A DNA stretch of 64,000 nt, taken from assembly GCF_018350175.1 (NCBI RefSeq), contig NC_058368.1, positions 107,076,001-107,140,000 of the forward strand. The letters run 5' to 3'. Shown here one piece after another: positions 61,746 through 64,000 of this stretch. The notes below the pieces were generated by a model. The model was not told where the DNA came from. It worked only from the letters and a program-made list of their open reading frames with translations, and did not search any database. The DNA comes from Felis catus. Taxonomy: Eukaryota. Each line of letters starts with the position of its first letter. Positions within the stretch are counted from its first letter, which is position 1. The translations under genes and the position numbers were made by a program.

Positions 61746-61994
61746 GGGGTTATAATTCTCTGCAGACTCTGGTGTCAGGGTAGCTTCTGACCATTTATAT
61801 GGAAACCCATGCCTGTGACTCCACAGAAAAGAGGATATGATTTCTTCCGTACTTCCAGCTAAAGTCCACGTACCTCACTTTGCCCAGCAGTGAGTGAGGT
61901 GCTGTGTCTGCCCTGGTCTGAAACCAGGAGCTTTCATCCACCAAAATCCATTGGACTCAAAATGGATTGTATGTAACAGTAATAAATACTGTAG

Positions 61995-62232
61995 CTTATT
62001 ACGTATTTACTATGTAGCAGGCCCTTCTTTATGCATTTGTATAATCTTACTACATCTGCATAACATCTTTGAATGTTAAGAATTATATTTAACCCCATGC
62101 AATAAATGAGGCAATTGAGGTTCAGAGAAATGAAGGGTCTTGCTAGGGTATATCGAATAAGCATCTGAACTGGCATGAGAAAATAGACTGGCCCAAGCCC
62201 TATGCTCTTAATTCCTTACGTACCACTGCCTC
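61995..62232 (-). mobile_element. MIR (near full length)
   Basis: 'aaatgaggcaattgaggttcagagaaatgaagggtcttgctaggg...cctatgctcttaa...accactgcctc'. Confidence 0.8.
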
Positions 62233-63016
62233 ACAAGAAATTTCAATTCTTTGGGTCTCCATTTCTTCATCTGTAAAATAGGATGTTTGATTTAGATATG
62301 TATACGATTTGGTCCTCATGATGTTAATTTTGTAATCGATCTGCAGTATATTATAAATGTATTTAAACACCTTCTGCCCCTTCTAAGAGTCCTCAGCTCT
62401 GTTTTGTGTTTTAATAACAAAACATGGGATTTTATTTAACACATTGTTTCAGATCTATCAGAGCTCCCAGTAACTTAGCCTCTTCTTACCATCAAAGAGA
62501 AAATCAGCATTGTGCTCTATATTCACAGTGTTGGCTTCCCTAACCAGCCCCCAGGCCCATTCATATTTTCCTTCATAAATAGGGATTTGAAGTCCAAGGA
62601 CTTCTCATCCTCAACAACATGCCAAATCATATCCTTGTACTATAGCTAAAGATGTAAGAAGTGATGAGTTAGCTCTCTTTCCTTTGGATATTATAGATGA
62701 CAGTTACTATAGGCATGAATATTTGCATCTGTTCTGTAATTAATTTTTTTTCCTAATTGGTGGTTTGATATTTTTATTCCTCACTTTTCTATTTCCTTTT
62801 GAGAGGTCCTCTAATTTATTCTCTAGATTATTCTGTAAATTTTATTATTTTGTTTATTTTAACCAAAATAGGATTTTCTCTCTTAAAATATCTTTAGCAT
62901 CACTAATATTTCATTCTAATGAATTGAAAAAGGAAGATTTGAATGTCATAGTTTTCTAGTTGTGTGACATTTAGCCAATTTTCTTCAGTGTGCAGGTTTA
63001 GAAGAATTTTTTTTAG

Positions 63017-63528
63017 GACTGATTTTTTTTTTTTTACAGCAGTTTAAGTTTCTTAGCAAGACTGAGGGGAAGTTAGAGAGATTTACCATATATCCTCTGC
63101 CCCTACACTTGTACAGTCTCCCACACTATCAACATCCCACACCAGGACTGTACATTTGTTATAACTGATGAACCTACGCTGGCAGATCATAATCACAGAG
63201 GACCGTAGCTTACATTAGGTTCTTCTTTTTTTTTTTTTTTAATGTTTATTGATTTTTGAAGGAGAGAGAGACAGAGCATGAGCAAGGAAGAAATCATGAC
63301 CTGAGCCGAAGTTGGACCCTTAATGGACTGAGCCACCCAGGCACCCCTACATTAGGTTCTTTTTTGGTGTTGTATGTTCTACAGGTTTAGGCAAATATAT
63401 AATGCCATGTATCCACCGTTAATGTTTCATGCAGAGTAGGTTTGCAGCCCTAAAAATCTTCCGTGCTACACATATTCCATCCTTCCCATACCCTCAGCAA
63501 TTCCTGGCAACCACTGTCTTTTAACTGT
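63017..63528 (-). mobile_element. L1MC-type 3' end, interrupted by a SINE
   Basis: 'tatcaacatcccacaccag', 'tacatttgttataactgatgaaccta', 'gccctaaaaatc', 'cctggcaaccactg'. Confidence 0.88.
63225..63347 (-). mobile_element. Internally deleted CAN-SINE
   Basis: Tail and head present, middle missing; TSD tacattaggttctt at 63211-63224 and 63348-63361. Confidence 0.93.
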
Positions 63529-64000
63529 TTTCATATTTTTTAGAACCGCTTAAAAAAAAAAAACAAACAGTTGATATTCTTTGATTCCTTCTACCAAGGT
63601 ATGCAGCCTGGTTTAAAAGAAGTTGAATAAAGTTATTTCTATTGCTTAAACTCCATTTCAGGGTTATTTCCTCCCAAGGAGTGTGTGTGTCACAACTCTT
63701 GATATAATTGCTGGTGTTTAGCTTACTGTTCAAAAATAGAAAAATTCTAATATTACTCCTTAGTTATTATCTTGTTTGAAAATAACCGAGTAATCGTGGT
63801 TTTTAAATACTCTTTTTTGGAAAATGTATTAGTAGTGATTCCTAATTCTAAAATCCACTTTGGAAATACTTTTAGGCTCTTATCTGAGACCTGATCCCAC
63901 AGCGCCCTCTGGGTGGGCTCTTTACTGAGTCAGGGTAGTCTTGCCTACCTGTGTGGGATTCATTGTTATCCTCCTGGGGTTGCTTTCCTAGAGAGCTTAT

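Noticed and set aside
61089..61790. 233-aa ORF, the longest in the window
   Set aside because: L/S/P/F-rich translation of CT low-complexity DNA, which lacks stop codons by composition; no recognisable domain

Overview
AT-rich, non-coding mammalian DNA, almost certainly from a felid. It carries about 43 tRNA-derived carnivore CAN-SINE copies or fragments, including several near-identical young cat-type (SINEC_Fc-like) copies with perfect target-site duplications (TSDs). It also has decayed L1, L2 and MIR fragments, MER5/MER58 hAT relics, MLT1-type LTR relics and many simple repeats. None of the listed ORFs looks like a real protein: they come from SINEs, L1 antisense frames or low-complexity DNA. 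The only recognisable protein-derived sequence is a disabled L1 ORF2 fragment (37571-38214). The window reads like the interior of a large intron or an intergenic region, and I cannot name a host gene. One repeat-free, CpG-retaining block at about 42650-43270 is a weak exon or promoter candidate. I found no rRNA, real tRNA, CRISPR array or multi-gene system, and I cannot support a new biological system here. The best observations are small-scale genome-repair and retroposition signatures: a 92-bp near-perfect palindrome built from a SINE flank, a 124-bp local templated duplication inside a SINE, repeated re-use of the same target site, an L1 with an internal deletion scar and possible 3' transduction, and closely spaced inverted young SINEs. 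Repeat family names come from my recall of consensus sequences, not from a database search, and the boundaries of old repeats are approximate.
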